Source: an uncultured Candidatus Saccharibacteria bacterium (GTDB lineage Bacteria > Patescibacteriota > Minisyncoccia > Phycocordibacterales > UBA9973). From it: a DNA stretch of 64,000 nt. The stretch spans positions 129,732 through 193,731 of the forward strand of contig CAYREQ010000001.1 of assembly GCA_964423445.1 (NCBI GenBank). Direction: 5' to 3'. Below are positions 1 through 10,934 of the stretch, piece by piece (within the stretch, counting starts at the first letter, position 1; every line of letters starts with the position of its first letter). Under the pieces are notes generated by a model. The model was not told the origin of the DNA. It worked only from the letters and a program-made list of their open reading frames with translations, and ran no database searches. Both the position numbers and the translations under genes were made by a program.

Positions 1-962
1 ATCACAGCTCCACCTGGGGCTGAGTCTGGTTTTGGAATAGAGCGATTAAAACCGAGGTTGTAAAGCGTAGAAAGGACTCCAGGAGAGCTAGATATATCAT
101 AGCCAGCCTTACCCCACTGGGCTGTTACTTGCCTCATAAATAGACCTACATAGAGATAAGAATAGTAAGGATCTTTTATATCTGTAATTCTTTCAAACCT
201 AGTTTTTGCAATATCAGCATCAGTAGGATATGTGATAATATTTTCCATATTTCCACCTAAATAAAAAACTGATTCTTTGTTTTTTAAATTTTCATCTATT
301 CGTGCCACCGTCTCGGGCTTGAGTCCAGCTATACCAAAAGAAAACTTTGAAAGAGATGCCAAGATTTTGAGTGGTTCAAAGTATGATTTAAAAGATTCTC
401 TGCTATTACCAAAGAATCGGAGCTGTTCACCTATTACTCCACCGAGTAAAATTCTCGGAGAAATTCCAGCATCTTTAGCTGCTTTTTTTATGACATCTTG
501 GTCGCGAATAAATGCAGATTTTAATACTTCCCATTCAGCAGAATCAGCCCATTTATATGCTGTCTGAGCTACTGGAGATTCATTTTTTACAGTTTCAGTG
601 TCGCAATCATTAAATTTTGAAACCAAATTTGTTCCCTTAAAACGCAACAAAGCATTTTCAAACATTTTATCTATTAGTGTGAGGTTACCTGTTTTATCAT
701 AAGTAATCTCTATTTTTCTCGCAGTATCAGGTGCGACTTCTGCCAAGACATGAATTTTACATGATAGTAAAATTTCAATTTTTTCTGGGTCTGCATTTTT
801 AATTTTTGAGATGTCTTCTGTGAAATATTTATTTCTCTCTTTTATTGTCCCACGGACATTGGTGAGTCCAAGTTGCATAGCAAAATAAACAGCTAAAAAA
901 GCCAAGCCAATTACAGCAAGGGCAACAATAAAAATTTGTCCAATAAATTTAAATCTTTTCAC
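1..962 (-). CDS. Membrane-anchored hypothetical protein with a possible lysozyme-like/DUF1402-like domain; runs off the window start
   Basis: Manual translation from GTG at 962: MKRFKFIGQIFIVALAVIGLAFLAVYFAMQLG (N-terminal TM)...ISPRILLGGVIGEQLRFF...QWGKAGYDISSSPGVLSTLYNLGF. Open to position 1 and absent from the ORF track because the stop lies outside the window. Confidence 0.75.
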   Translation of the reverse strand, partial: MKRFKFIGQIFIVALAVIGLAFLAVYFAMQLGLTNVRGTIKERNKYFTEDISKIKNADPEKIEILLSCKIHVLAEVAPDTARKIEITYDKTGNLTLIDKMFENALLRFKGTNLVSKFNDCDTETVKNESPVAQTAYKWADSAEWEVLKSAFIRDQDVIKKAAKDAGISPRILLGGVIGEQLRFFGNSRESFKSYFEPLKILASLSKFSFGIAGLKPETVARIDENLKNKESVFYLGGNMENIITYPTDADIAKTRFERITDIKDPYYSYLYVGLFMRQVTAQWGKAGYDISSSPGVLSTLYNLGFNRSIPKPDSAPGGAV

Positions 963-964
963 AG

Positions 965-1035
965 CGGGCGATGAGAGAATCGAACTCCCGCCAACGGTTT
1001 TGGAGACCGTTGTTCTACCACTAAACTAATCGCCC
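965..1035 (-). tRNA. tRNA-Trp (CCA)
   Basis: Reverse complement GGGCGATTAGTTTAGTGGTAGAACAACGGTCT-CCA-AAACCGTTGGCGGGAGTTCGATTCTCTCATCGCCCG folds as a cloverleaf; 3' CCA not encoded. Confidence 0.96.
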
Positions 1036-1061
1036 AAATCTATATAAAGGAACTTTAATAA

Positions 1062-1086
1062 CAAAAACGACCTTATTGGTCGTTTT
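1062..1086 (-). terminator. Hairpin AAAACGACC-ttatt-GGTCGTTTT between rpmG and tRNA-Trp
   Basis: Inverted repeat followed by a T run on the minus strand. Confidence 0.5.
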
Positions 1087-1112
1087 AAGTATAGCAGAAA
1101 TGCACAGAAAAT

Positions 1113-1271
1113 CTATTTTTTGATTTCTTTGTGCTTCTGCGCTTTTTTACACCATCTGCAGTACTTTTTAAGCTCGATTTTTTTAGTAACGAGTTTCTTG
1201 TTTTTACTAGACCAGTAATTGATTCTTTTGCAGGTCTGGCAGGCAAGTTTTATAAGTCTATCTTGTGACAT
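1113..1271 (-). CDS. rpmG: 50S ribosomal protein L33 (Zn-binding, two CxxC motifs)
   Basis: Manual translation MSQDRLIKLACQTCKRINYWSSKNKKLVTKKIELKKYCRWCKKAQKHKEIKK (52 aa, below the ORF-track cutoff); next to tRNA-Trp as is common. Confidence 0.95.
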   Translation of the reverse strand: MSQDRLIKLACQTCKRINYWSSKNKKLVTKKIELKKYCRWCKKAQKHKEIKK

Positions 1272-1311
1272 AGTTATATATTAGTATAAATTGACAAAAA
1301 TTGCAATTGGC

Positions 1312-2280
1312 TTATTTAAATGAAGATTTTAGCTCTTTCTCCTTGCCTTGTCTCTCTATGGCTAGGTCTATCAGCCTATCCAAGAGCTTGGTTTGAGGCA
1401 GCCCACTTGCTTCCCAGAGTTTTGGATACATACTGATGTTTGTAAAACCTGGTATTGTGTTTATCTCATTTACTATTACCCCTCCATTCTTTTTTAGGAA
1501 GAAATCTACTCGCCCTAGTCCTTCACAAGAAAGTGTCTCAAATACTTTTATAGCTAATTCTTGAATTTTCTTTGTAGTCTTGGAATCTATTTTTGCTGGA
1601 ATTTGTATTTCATAACCATCGTCTATATATTTCGCATCATAAGAATAAAATTCTTGATTGGCTATAATTTCACCCAGAACAGAAGCCATAGGGTATTCAT
1701 TTCCTAAAACTGCACACTCTATTTCCCTACCATCTATGAATTCTTCAATGATAATTTTATGGTCATATTGAAATGCGAGAGCTATGGCTCGATGGAATTC
1801 TTTTTCATTATTGGCCTTATTTACCCCGACAGAAGAACCCATATTTGCAGGTTTTATAAATAATGGCAAACCTAATTCTTTTTTAATTTTACTAAAATTT
1901 ATCTCGTCAGTTTTTTTTAGTGTGATAAATTTACCGATAGGTAGACCAGCATTTTTCAAAAGTTTTTTCATTATATCTTTATCCATGCCGACAGCTGATC
2001 CAAGGACTCCGGCACCCACAAATGGAACACCAGATAATTTTAAAAGTCCTTGCATGCTTCCATCTTCACCAAAAGGACCATGCAAGACAGGGAAAACTAC
2101 ATCGACTTTTTTTATAAGAGAAAAATTAAAAATGCCAATCTTTGGAATCTTGATAGGAATTATTTGATACTTACTTTTATCAAGTGCAGCAATGACATTT
2201 TTTGCAGATGCCAGTGATACCTCATGCTCTGCTGATTTACCTCCAAAAAGTACGCCAATTTTTAATTTCTTTTTTGTCAT
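1312..2280 (-). CDS. ddl: D-alanine--D-alanine ligase
   Basis: GGKSAEHEVSL, LHGPFGEDG, GSSVG, FYSYDAKY and NEINTIPGFT motifs. Confidence 0.97.
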   Translation of the reverse strand: MTKKKLKIGVLFGGKSAEHEVSLASAKNVIAALDKSKYQIIPIKIPKIGIFNFSLIKKVDVVFPVLHGPFGEDGSMQGLLKLSGVPFVGAGVLGSAVGMDKDIMKKLLKNAGLPIGKFITLKKTDEINFSKIKKELGLPLFIKPANMGSSVGVNKANNEKEFHRAIALAFQYDHKIIIEEFIDGREIECAVLGNEYPMASVLGEIIANQEFYSYDAKYIDDGYEIQIPAKIDSKTTKKIQELAIKVFETLSCEGLGRVDFFLKKNGGVIVNEINTIPGFTNISMYPKLWEASGLPQTKLLDRLIDLAIERQGKEKELKSSFK

Positions 2281-2302
2281 TAGAACAGTATACTCTCAAG
2301 CA

Positions 2303-3031
2303 TTATTTTTTCAAAATCATACTTTTTAGATCACGAGGTAAACTCGTGATGTGTTTGTAGGCTTCTTTTGTGATGAGCACCATATCTTCTATGCGTACAC
2401 CACCGAATCCTTTGAGGTAGATACCCGGTTCTACTGTCATCACACAGCCTGCTGGTACTATGTCTGTGCTCTTTGGGCTGAAGAAAGGCCACTCATGGAT
2501 GACTGTGCCTACTCCGTGACCTAGGCCATGTTTAAAATTGTCAGGATATTTTTTTGCAATAAATTTACGAGCTACAGAATCTATCACCCCACATCTCTTT
2601 TCTCCAGATTTTATTTTTAATAGGGCTAGGTTCTGAGCTTTTAAAACATATTCATATATTTTCTTTTGTCGTGCATTTGGCTCGCCCCAGAAATAAGTCC
2701 TAGTCATGTCGGAGCAATAATGATTTATGGTAGTGCCGATATCAAACATCACTGTGTCCCCTTTCTTCAATTTTGTTTTATTTGGTATGTGATGAATATT
2801 GGCAATATTTTTACCAAAAGCCACGATTGGTGAAAAAGATAAAATAGGCGCACCATGTTTTATGAAAGATTTTTTTATAAAAGCCTCTACTTGTAGCTCT
2901 GTCACCCCATCTTTTAAAAAAGAAATTGCATCAAGTAAAACTCTCTCGGAAATTCTTTGAGCTTTAATCAAATTGGCTAATTCTTTTTTATTTTTTACTG
3001 CACGTACTTCGTGAACCAACTCATTTTTCAT
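2303..3031 (-). CDS. M24 family metallopeptidase (Xaa-Pro peptidase catalytic domain only)
   Basis: DIG..YCSDMTRT, HGLGHGVG..IHE, TVEPGIY and GVRIED motifs. Confidence 0.92.
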   Translation of the reverse strand: MKNELVHEVRAVKNKKELANLIKAQRISERVLLDAISFLKDGVTELQVEAFIKKSFIKHGAPILSFSPIVAFGKNIANIHHIPNKTKLKKGDTVMFDIGTTINHYCSDMTRTYFWGEPNARQKKIYEYVLKAQNLALLKIKSGEKRCGVIDSVARKFIAKKYPDNFKHGLGHGVGTVIHEWPFFSPKSTDIVPAGCVMTVEPGIYLKGFGGVRIEDMVLITKEAYKHITSLPRDLKSMILKK

Positions 3032-3032
3032 A

Positions 3033-4139
3033 CTAGAATAGTTTTATTACATCATGATATGTAACTATAAGCATAAGTAATATCAAGACTATAAAACCTA
3101 CCATGTTTGCAGTATTAGACACTTTTGGATTTAGTGGTGAACCTTTTATTTTTTCAATGAGAAGAAAGAATAGTCTTCCACCATCTAGGGCTGGGAAAGG
3201 TATCAAGTTTATGATAGCTAGATTTATAGATATAAGAGCTGCAAAAGACAATAGATATACAAAGCCGAATTGGTATGCATCACCTACTATGCCTACCATA
3301 CCTACTGGCCCAGTAACTGAATTAAAGCTACCTTTGCCCATAATACCATCAGAAATAAGCGTATAAAGGCCTACAGCGGTGCTCTTTGAGAGATGTAGGG
3401 TAAGCTTCATTCCCTCATAAAGAGCTTGGTGTGGGGGCAATTGTACTGTACCAATTTGGTCCATGGATATACCAATTACAGGCTTTTCATCGCCATTTGT
3501 TACAGGTGTAATTTTTACATAACTTACATTTTCGCTAGTAAAATCTTTTCCATTTGAGACATAGCCGATTTCAATTTCCTTACCTTTACTTTCTGCCACT
3601 AAATCAACTACAGTCTCAGGGCTATTACTAGAAGGAGAGAAATCTTTATTGCTTATAGAAAATATTTTATCACCACTCTTTAGACCTGCATTAAAAGCAG
3701 GAGATTCTGGACTGACAGATATAATCACTGTGTGGGCATCTTTTATCTCATAGTCTTGATCTTCACCCACAGACGAAGGAAGTCCTGACATGAAACCAAT
3801 AGATAGTAATAACCATGCGAGTAAGAAGTTTGAGAAAATTCCAGCGAATAATACCAAGGCTTGTTGCCAGTGTGGCTTGCTCACAAAGCTCCTATTTGCA
3901 TCTGGACCATGTGTGTTTTCTTCATTTGGATCTTCACCGAAAATTTTTACGAAACCACCAATAGGTAGGAGATTGAAAGTATATTCTGTCTCCCCTTTTT
4001 TAATACCAAAAAGTTTGGGTGGAAAACCAAAGCCAAATTCATCTACTCGAATACCAAATCTTTTTGCAGTAAAAAAATGGCCAAATTCATGAGCTAGGAC
4101 TAATACTAATAAAATTACTATAAAAATAAATATACTCAT
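3033..4139 (-). CDS. rseP: RIP metalloprotease RseP (site-2 protease with PDZ domain)
   Basis: HEFGH zinc motif, NLIPFPALDGG, PDZ-like SPAFNAGLKSGD. Confidence 0.95.
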   Translation of the reverse strand: MSIFIFIVILLVLVLAHEFGHFFTAKRFGIRVDEFGFGFPPKLFGIKKGETEYTFNLLPIGGFVKIFGEDPNEENTHGPDANRSFVSKPHWQQALVLFAGIFSNFLLAWLLLSIGFMSGLPSSVGEDQDYEIKDAHTVIISVSPESPAFNAGLKSGDKIFSISNKDFSPSSNSPETVVDLVAESKGKEIEIGYVSNGKDFTSENVSYVKITPVTNGDEKPVIGISMDQIGTVQLPPHQALYEGMKLTLHLSKSTAVGLYTLISDGIMGKGSFNSVTGPVGMVGIVGDAYQFGFVYLLSFAALISINLAIINLIPFPALDGGRLFFLLIEKIKGSPLNPKVSNTANMVGFIVLILLMLIVTYHDVIKLF

Positions 4140-4143
4140 AAAT

Positions 4144-4683
4144 TTACCCCATTACTTCTGTCTGCTTCTTTTCAAAAGTAGCTTCCAGACTCGCGTTTAT
4201 ATCATTGATAATTTTTTGTAATTCTTCTTTTGCGCTAAATTTTTCATCTTCAGTCATGTTTGCATTTTCCATATCTTTCAATACATTTTCTCTTTCTCTG
4301 CGTACAGTGATTCTTGATTCTTCCAATTTTTCTTTTAGAATTTTTACCAAGTTTTGTCTTGAGTCAGTGGTAAGCTGAGGGAAAATCACTCTCATACCAG
4401 CATCGTCTACGGCTACTGATAAGCCTAGATTTGCTCCAGCTATAGCTTTTTCAATGCCTTTAATTTGAGTTTTATCCCAAGCTGTAATACGCAATGTCTT
4501 TGGGTCTTCAATAGATACAGAAGCTACATTTTTCAAAGGTACAAAAGAGCCATAAGATTCCACAGAGACACTATCTAATACCATAGGCGAAGCACGGCCT
4601 ACGTTTAATTCACGGTATTCTTTACTTAAGAATTCTTCAATCTTCTTTAATTCTGTCTTAAAATTTGAAAAGTTGTATTGCAT
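4144..4683 (-). CDS. frr: Ribosome recycling factor
   Basis: GRASP..LD.V.VESYG and R..RITVRRER pattern, 179 aa. Confidence 0.95.
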   Translation of the reverse strand: MQYNFSNFKTELKKIEEFLSKEYRELNVGRASPMVLDSVSVESYGSFVPLKNVASVSIEDPKTLRITAWDKTQIKGIEKAIAGANLGLSVAVDDAGMRVIFPQLTTDSRQNLVKILKEKLEESRITVRRERENVLKDMENANMTEDEKFSAKEELQKIINDINASLEATFEKKQTEVMG

Positions 4684-4706
4684 ATTTGTATTATATCATG
4701 AAAAGT

Positions 4707-5417
4707 TTAGTTTAAAACAGGTATTACCAAAGCTACTGATTCGATGAGAGTCTTTGGTGAGCTTCCTGGCATACGCAAGATTTCTCTTGTTTTGAAAATG
4801 TGTCTAAAAACTTCCCCATCAACTATATTTTTCTTTATGTTTTTATGCAGACTATATTCGAGAGAATTTAAAAATTTGAGTGTCTTTGCTCTATTAGAAT
4901 CTAAAACAACTACCTCCTCATCTTCCGTATCTTTTTCTGAGAGCATTTCTTTTATAAAATCCAATCTATTTTTCAAAGGCATTTTTATAAACTTTTCTGC
5001 ATCTTTTACCTCTGGCAGACTATCAAACTTTGCGGATATAAAATAAAATCTAGACAATAATGTCTTTAATATATTACTAGTGTCTGGTGTGATGACAAAA
5101 AAGTATGTATTCTCTATCGGCTCTTCAAATAATTTAAGCAAACTATTTTGTGCTTCTAAGAGAAAGTTGTTTGCAAAGATAATAAATATTTTTTTAGTAG
5201 ATGAATACCCTTTTTGATTTCCATAAATTTTTAAATTACGAGCGTCTTCTATTTTAAATGAATCAGTATAAATTTGAACCAAGTCTGGATTGTTTTCTAT
5301 TTTGATTTTTAAACTTTTTATAAAATCAAAAATTACTGGCAATGCTTCATCTTTACCACTTTCAATAAGATACGCATGATGTAAATTGTCCTTATCTAAA
5401 TGCTCTTTTATGCTCAT
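4707..5417 (-). CDS. holB: DNA polymerase III delta-prime-like protein
   Basis: HHAYLI, EAQNSLLKLFEEP and TLLSR motifs. Confidence 0.8.
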   Translation of the reverse strand: MSIKEHLDKDNLHHAYLIESGKDEALPVIFDFIKSLKIKIENNPDLVQIYTDSFKIEDARNLKIYGNQKGYSSTKKIFIIFANNFLLEAQNSLLKLFEEPIENTYFFVITPDTSNILKTLLSRFYFISAKFDSLPEVKDAEKFIKMPLKNRLDFIKEMLSEKDTEDEEVVVLDSNRAKTLKFLNSLEYSLHKNIKKNIVDGEVFRHIFKTREILRMPGSSPKTLIESVALVIPVLN

Positions 5418-6431
5418 TTATTTTTTACTTAGAACTGCTTTTTTATATACATCTAGGTGCTCCAAAGCTATGCCTGTACCTTTTACCACACAAAAAAGAG
5501 GGTCTTCGGCGAGTGATGCTTTTACTCCAGTCTTTAAATAGATAAGGTCTGTAAAATTTCTAAGGAGAGAAGAGCCACCAGTCATAATAATTCCATGATC
5601 AATGATATCTGACGCGAGCTCAGGTGGAGTCTCTTGCAATACGTCTTTTATAGCTTTTACTATTTGTTTCAATTCACCATCTATAGCTTTTACTATTTCA
5701 TTTGTTGAGACTTGGGCACTTCTAGGCAAGCCTTGGATATAATCTCTACCTTTTATGGTGACCTGGAGCTCTTCTTCGAGAGGCACAGCTGCTCCGATTT
5801 TTATTTTTACTTCTTCTGCGGTCTTATCTCCAATGGCGAGATTGAATGTCTTCTTTATATAATCAGCTATTGCGACATCTATTTTATTTCCAGCACATTT
5901 TACTGAAGTAGATGCCACAATTCCTCCGAGAGAAATCACAGCTACGTCTGTAGTACCACCACCGATATCTACTATCATGTAACCTCTAGATTCATAAATT
6001 GGAATTCCTGCACCAATTGCTGCAAGGATAGGTTCTTTTACTACGTAAGCATTTCTCGCTCCAGCTCTTATCGCAGCTTCTACCACGGCTCGTCTTTCAG
6101 TAGAAGTTACTCCAGCTGGTACTGATACCATGACGTCTGGTTTGAAAAAGCTCCATCGCCCCATAGCTTTATTTATAAAATAGTGGAGCATGGCCTCAGT
6201 GACTCTGTAATCGGCGATGACTCCATCCTTCATTGGTCTATAAGTGATTATAGATTCAGGAGTCTTACCTATCATATCTTTTGCACCAAAACCAATTGCG
6301 AGAATTTTATTGTCTTGCTCTGATACAGCTACGACAGAAGGTTCATTTAATACTATTCCTTTTCCAGGTAAAAATACCAATGTATTTGCAGTCCCTAAAT
6401 CTATTCCTAGTTTCTTTGAAAAAAAGTCCAT
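5418..6431 (-). CDS. mreB: Rod shape-determining protein MreB
   Basis: GIDLGTANT, DIGGGTTD and TGGSSLL actin-fold motifs. Confidence 0.97.
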   Translation of the reverse strand: MDFFSKKLGIDLGTANTLVFLPGKGIVLNEPSVVAVSEQDNKILAIGFGAKDMIGKTPESIITYRPMKDGVIADYRVTEAMLHYFINKAMGRWSFFKPDVMVSVPAGVTSTERRAVVEAAIRAGARNAYVVKEPILAAIGAGIPIYESRGYMIVDIGGGTTDVAVISLGGIVASTSVKCAGNKIDVAIADYIKKTFNLAIGDKTAEEVKIKIGAAVPLEEELQVTIKGRDYIQGLPRSAQVSTNEIVKAIDGELKQIVKAIKDVLQETPPELASDIIDHGIIMTGGSSLLRNFTDLIYLKTGVKASLAEDPLFCVVKGTGIALEHLDVYKKAVLSKK

Positions 6432-6467
6432 AAAAGAAATATAGCATAAATATGCTAGAATAAAAAC
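6432..6467. promoter_or_regulatory. Back-to-back extended -10 promoters for mreB and priA, probably leaderless
   Basis: TGCTATATT (minus, 6446-6438) lies 6 nt before the mreB ATG; TGCTAGAAT (plus, 6453-6461) lies 6 nt before the priA ATG. Confidence 0.7.
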
Positions 6468-8405
6468 ATGAAAATCGTGAACGTAATACCACTAAAAAAG
6501 ACCCCTCTAAAAACGGATCTTACGTATTTCACCACTAAAAATATTGAAAATGGGAGCACGGTAATGGTAAATCTTCGCAATAAAAAGACACTAGGATTAG
6601 TGGTCTCAGTAGAAGATGTCTCTGATACAAAAATCAATATCAAAGGTATGGATTTCAATCTAAAAAAAATCCTAGAGGTAAAAGACAAATCAGTATTCTT
6701 GAAAGAATACATAGAATCTGCAGTATTGACTAGTAAATATTTTGCTTCAAATAAAAGTACTGCAATTACATCTCTAATACCAGCTCTATTCATAGAACAA
6801 TATGATAAAATTTCTAAAATTGAAAAGAATAACTTTAAGACTATCTTAAATAAACTAAGTATAAAGACTGAAAAATTACTTTTACAAGAATCACTGGAGA
6901 ATCGTATTTCTATATATAAAACTCTAATCCGTGAAAATTTTGCTTCAAAAAAATCTATTTTTATAGTATTGCCGACCGAAAATGATATTGAAGATTTTAA
7001 AAATGATTTATGTAAAGGTATAGAACAATTCACTTACACTATACATGGAGGAGTATCTACAAAGAAAATTATTGAAAAATTTAATGATATTTTGAATACA
7101 GACCACCCGATATTGATACTGGGCACTGCACCCTTTTTATCTATACCACGCAGAGATATAGGCCTAATAATATTAGAGCACGAGAGCTCCCCTAGCTATA
7201 AAATGGTAGCTAGACCACATTTTGACTTACGTGTTTTTGTAGAAATTTTTGCATCAAAAATCAATGCCAGATTTATCTTGAGTGATAATCTTCTTCGTTT
7301 TGACACAATTGCTAGAAAAGAAATTGATAGACTGATACCTATGTATCCGCTTTCTTTTAGGTTGAACTTCAATAAAGATATCATTATAGAAAATCCAAGA
7401 CCAAAGAAAAATCAAAACGAAGAACAAAGTACAAAAAAAACTTTCAAAATTCTTTCTGAAAATTCAACTAGAGAGATCGTAAGTGCTTTAAATAATGATG
7501 AGAATGTATTTGTGTTTACCTTAAGAAAAGGACTGGCTACACAGACTATATGTGTAGATTGCGGAGAGATGGTGAGTTGTAATAAATGCTCTGCTCCCTT
7601 GGTCTTGTACAATTACAAGAAAGGTAAAGAAAGAGTATTTGTGTGTAATAAATGTGGCGACGAAAAAGAAGGCTTATCTGTCTGCACACATTGCAAGAGC
7701 TGGAATTTAAAACCCTTAGGCATAGGTACAGATACAGTATGTGATGAACTGAAAAAGATATTTCCAAAAAATAAAATTATAAAATTTGATAAAGATTCTA
7801 TAAAAAATAAAAAGGAGGCGAGCAAGGTAATCGAAGAATTTGAAAACTCTACTGGTTCTATATTGGTAGGTACTGAAATGGCTCTATTTTATCTAAAAAA
7901 CAAAGTATCTTTATCAGTCGTATCCTCGCTCGACTCTTTTTGGAGCATACCTAATTTCAGAATGAGTGAAAAAATTTGCCAATTGATAATATCTATAATA
8001 TCTAAAACAAAAGATAAGTTTATAATCCAAACTAAAAATGAAAAAGATGAAGCTTTGACTGCAATTTATTCTAGAAATTTAATCCATTTCATTAGAAAAG
8101 AGCTAGAAGATAGAAAAGAACTCTCTTATCCTCCTTATAAACGTTTCATAAAAATTAAATATATTGGAAATAAAGTTGATACATTAAAGATAAAAGAAGA
8201 AGTGGCAGAAATTCTCAAGGATTATAACCCACTTATTTTTAGTGGATTTTCATCACAAATAAAGAGTAAGTATGTGACAAATATACTTGTAAAAGTCGAT
8301 ATAAAAGACTGGTCGATAGAAAATGTAGACCAAAATTTACTTTCAAAACTTCTATCTCTTCCCCTTTCTTTTGATATATATGTAGACCCAGAAGATCTAT
8401 TATAA
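6468..8405 (+). CDS. priA: Primosomal protein N' (PriA) with degenerate helicase motifs
   Basis: Four CxxC pairs (CVDC, CNKC, CNKC, CTHC), GIGT, ILVGTE, YPPY and C-terminal VDP; Walker A and DExH motifs not recognisable. Confidence 0.88.
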   Translation: MKIVNVIPLKKTPLKTDLTYFTTKNIENGSTVMVNLRNKKTLGLVVSVEDVSDTKINIKGMDFNLKKILEVKDKSVFLKEYIESAVLTSKYFASNKSTAITSLIPALFIEQYDKISKIEKNNFKTILNKLSIKTEKLLLQESLENRISIYKTLIRENFASKKSIFIVLPTENDIEDFKNDLCKGIEQFTYTIHGGVSTKKIIEKFNDILNTDHPILILGTAPFLSIPRRDIGLIILEHESSPSYKMVARPHFDLRVFVEIFASKINARFILSDNLLRFDTIARKEIDRLIPMYPLSFRLNFNKDIIIENPRPKKNQNEEQSTKKTFKILSENSTREIVSALNNDENVFVFTLRKGLATQTICVDCGEMVSCNKCSAPLVLYNYKKGKERVFVCNKCGDEKEGLSVCTHCKSWNLKPLGIGTDTVCDELKKIFPKNKIIKFDKDSIKNKKEASKVIEEFENSTGSILVGTEMALFYLKNKVSLSVVSSLDSFWSIPNFRMSEKICQLIISIISKTKDKFIIQTKNEKDEALTAIYSRNLIHFIRKELEDRKELSYPPYKRFIKIKYIGNKVDTLKIKEEVAEILKDYNPLIFSGFSSQIKSKYVTNILVKVDIKDWSIENVDQNLLSKLLSLPLSFDIYVDPEDLL

Positions 8406-8409
8406 AGAT

Positions 8410-9084
8410 TTATGAGACGAGTACAGTAAATTCCCCTTTCTGTTTTACAGGATTTTTCTCTAAGTATTCCAAAATTTCTTCTGCTGTACCTGTCTTTATT
8501 TCTTCGTAAATCTTAGTAAGTTCACGAGCCACGCAGACTTTTTTTGTCGGTGCAAACTTATTTAAAGATTCTAAAGTTTTTAAAATCCTGTGAGGGGATT
8601 CATAAAAGGCAAAAGTCCTCTTAGCTTCCGCTATTTCTTTAAAAAGAGTTTCTCTCCCCTTTTTGTGTGGTAAAAATCCAAGGAAAGTGAATTCGTGTGT
8701 AGGTAGACCAGAGGCTGAAAGGGCTGTAATTACAGCTGAAGCTCCAGGTATTGGTATTACTTGCACAGTATCAGTGAGTTCTTCTTTTATTTTTGATACG
8801 AGCATAGCCCCAGGGTCAGAAATCCCTGGTGTCCCTGCGTCTGACACCAGAGCTAAGTCTTTACCCTCTTTTAATAAATCAAAAATCTTGTCAGTTTTTG
8901 AAAGTTTACTTTGAGCATGATAGCTCATTGTAGGTTTTTTTATATCGTATTTATTTAAAAGATTTTTTGTGACTCGTGTATCTTCGCACAAAATCATATC
9001 GACATTTCTCAATGTCTCAATAGCTCGGAGTGTGATATCTCCAAGATTTCCAATAGGCGTAGCGACTACATAAAATTTAGACAT
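8410..9084 (-). CDS. rsmI: 16S rRNA C1402 2'-O-methyltransferase
   Basis: VATPIGNLGDIT, SDAGTPGISDPG, YESPHR and RELTK motifs. Confidence 0.97.
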   Translation of the reverse strand: MSKFYVVATPIGNLGDITLRAIETLRNVDMILCEDTRVTKNLLNKYDIKKPTMSYHAQSKLSKTDKIFDLLKEGKDLALVSDAGTPGISDPGAMLVSKIKEELTDTVQVIPIPGASAVITALSASGLPTHEFTFLGFLPHKKGRETLFKEIAEAKRTFAFYESPHRILKTLESLNKFAPTKKVCVARELTKIYEEIKTGTAEEILEYLEKNPVKQKGEFTVLVS

Positions 9085-9086
9085 TT

Positions 9087-9533
9087 TTATATTCTATATT
9101 TTCTATTTCTCCATTTGTCAGCGATTTTTACCCGAGTTAGAGAACGTTCAAGTTCAGCTTCAAAGTGTTCAAAGTCCACGTGCTCTTTATTTTCCATTTC
9201 TTTTCGCATCTGCTCTGCTCTTTCTTTGGCTTGTGCTACTTTATCATCTGTTATTTCTGCAACATGTTCCGCGAAATCAGCCAAGACAGCTACTTCAGTA
9301 ATACCATCTTTGCTCTCTTTAATTTCCACAAAGCCACCGACGACAGCTATAGGTATGCATTCTGTATTTACACAACCGACGACATCGCCTGAAGCAAGTC
9401 CAGATATAAGTGGTATATGAGAAGGTAAGACAGTAATCTCTCCTTCTGTGGTAGGAATACTGACTTGGTCTACCATTTCTTCAAAGACCAACTTTTCAGG
9501 TGTTATTATTTTTAAGTTTAATTGTTTTGCCAT
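9087..9533 (-). CDS. atpC: ATP synthase F1 epsilon subunit
   Basis: IITPE, GEITVLPSHIPL and GGFVE motifs; operon position. Confidence 0.95.
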   Translation of the reverse strand: MAKQLNLKIITPEKLVFEEMVDQVSIPTTEGEITVLPSHIPLISGLASGDVVGCVNTECIPIAVVGGFVEIKESKDGITEVAVLADFAEHVAEITDDKVAQAKERAEQMRKEMENKEHVDFEHFEAELERSLTRVKIADKWRNRKYRI

Positions 9534-9536
9534 ATT

Positions 9537-10922
<1,386 letters not shown>

Positions 10923-10934
10923 TTAATTTATAAT

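Noticed and set aside
277-567. Plus-strand 96-aa ORF and the many similar antisense ORFs in the track (e.g. 1784-2167, 6455-7033, 42880-43401, 57089-58081)
   Set aside because: They are shadow frames opposite well-supported genes and have no recognisable motifs.
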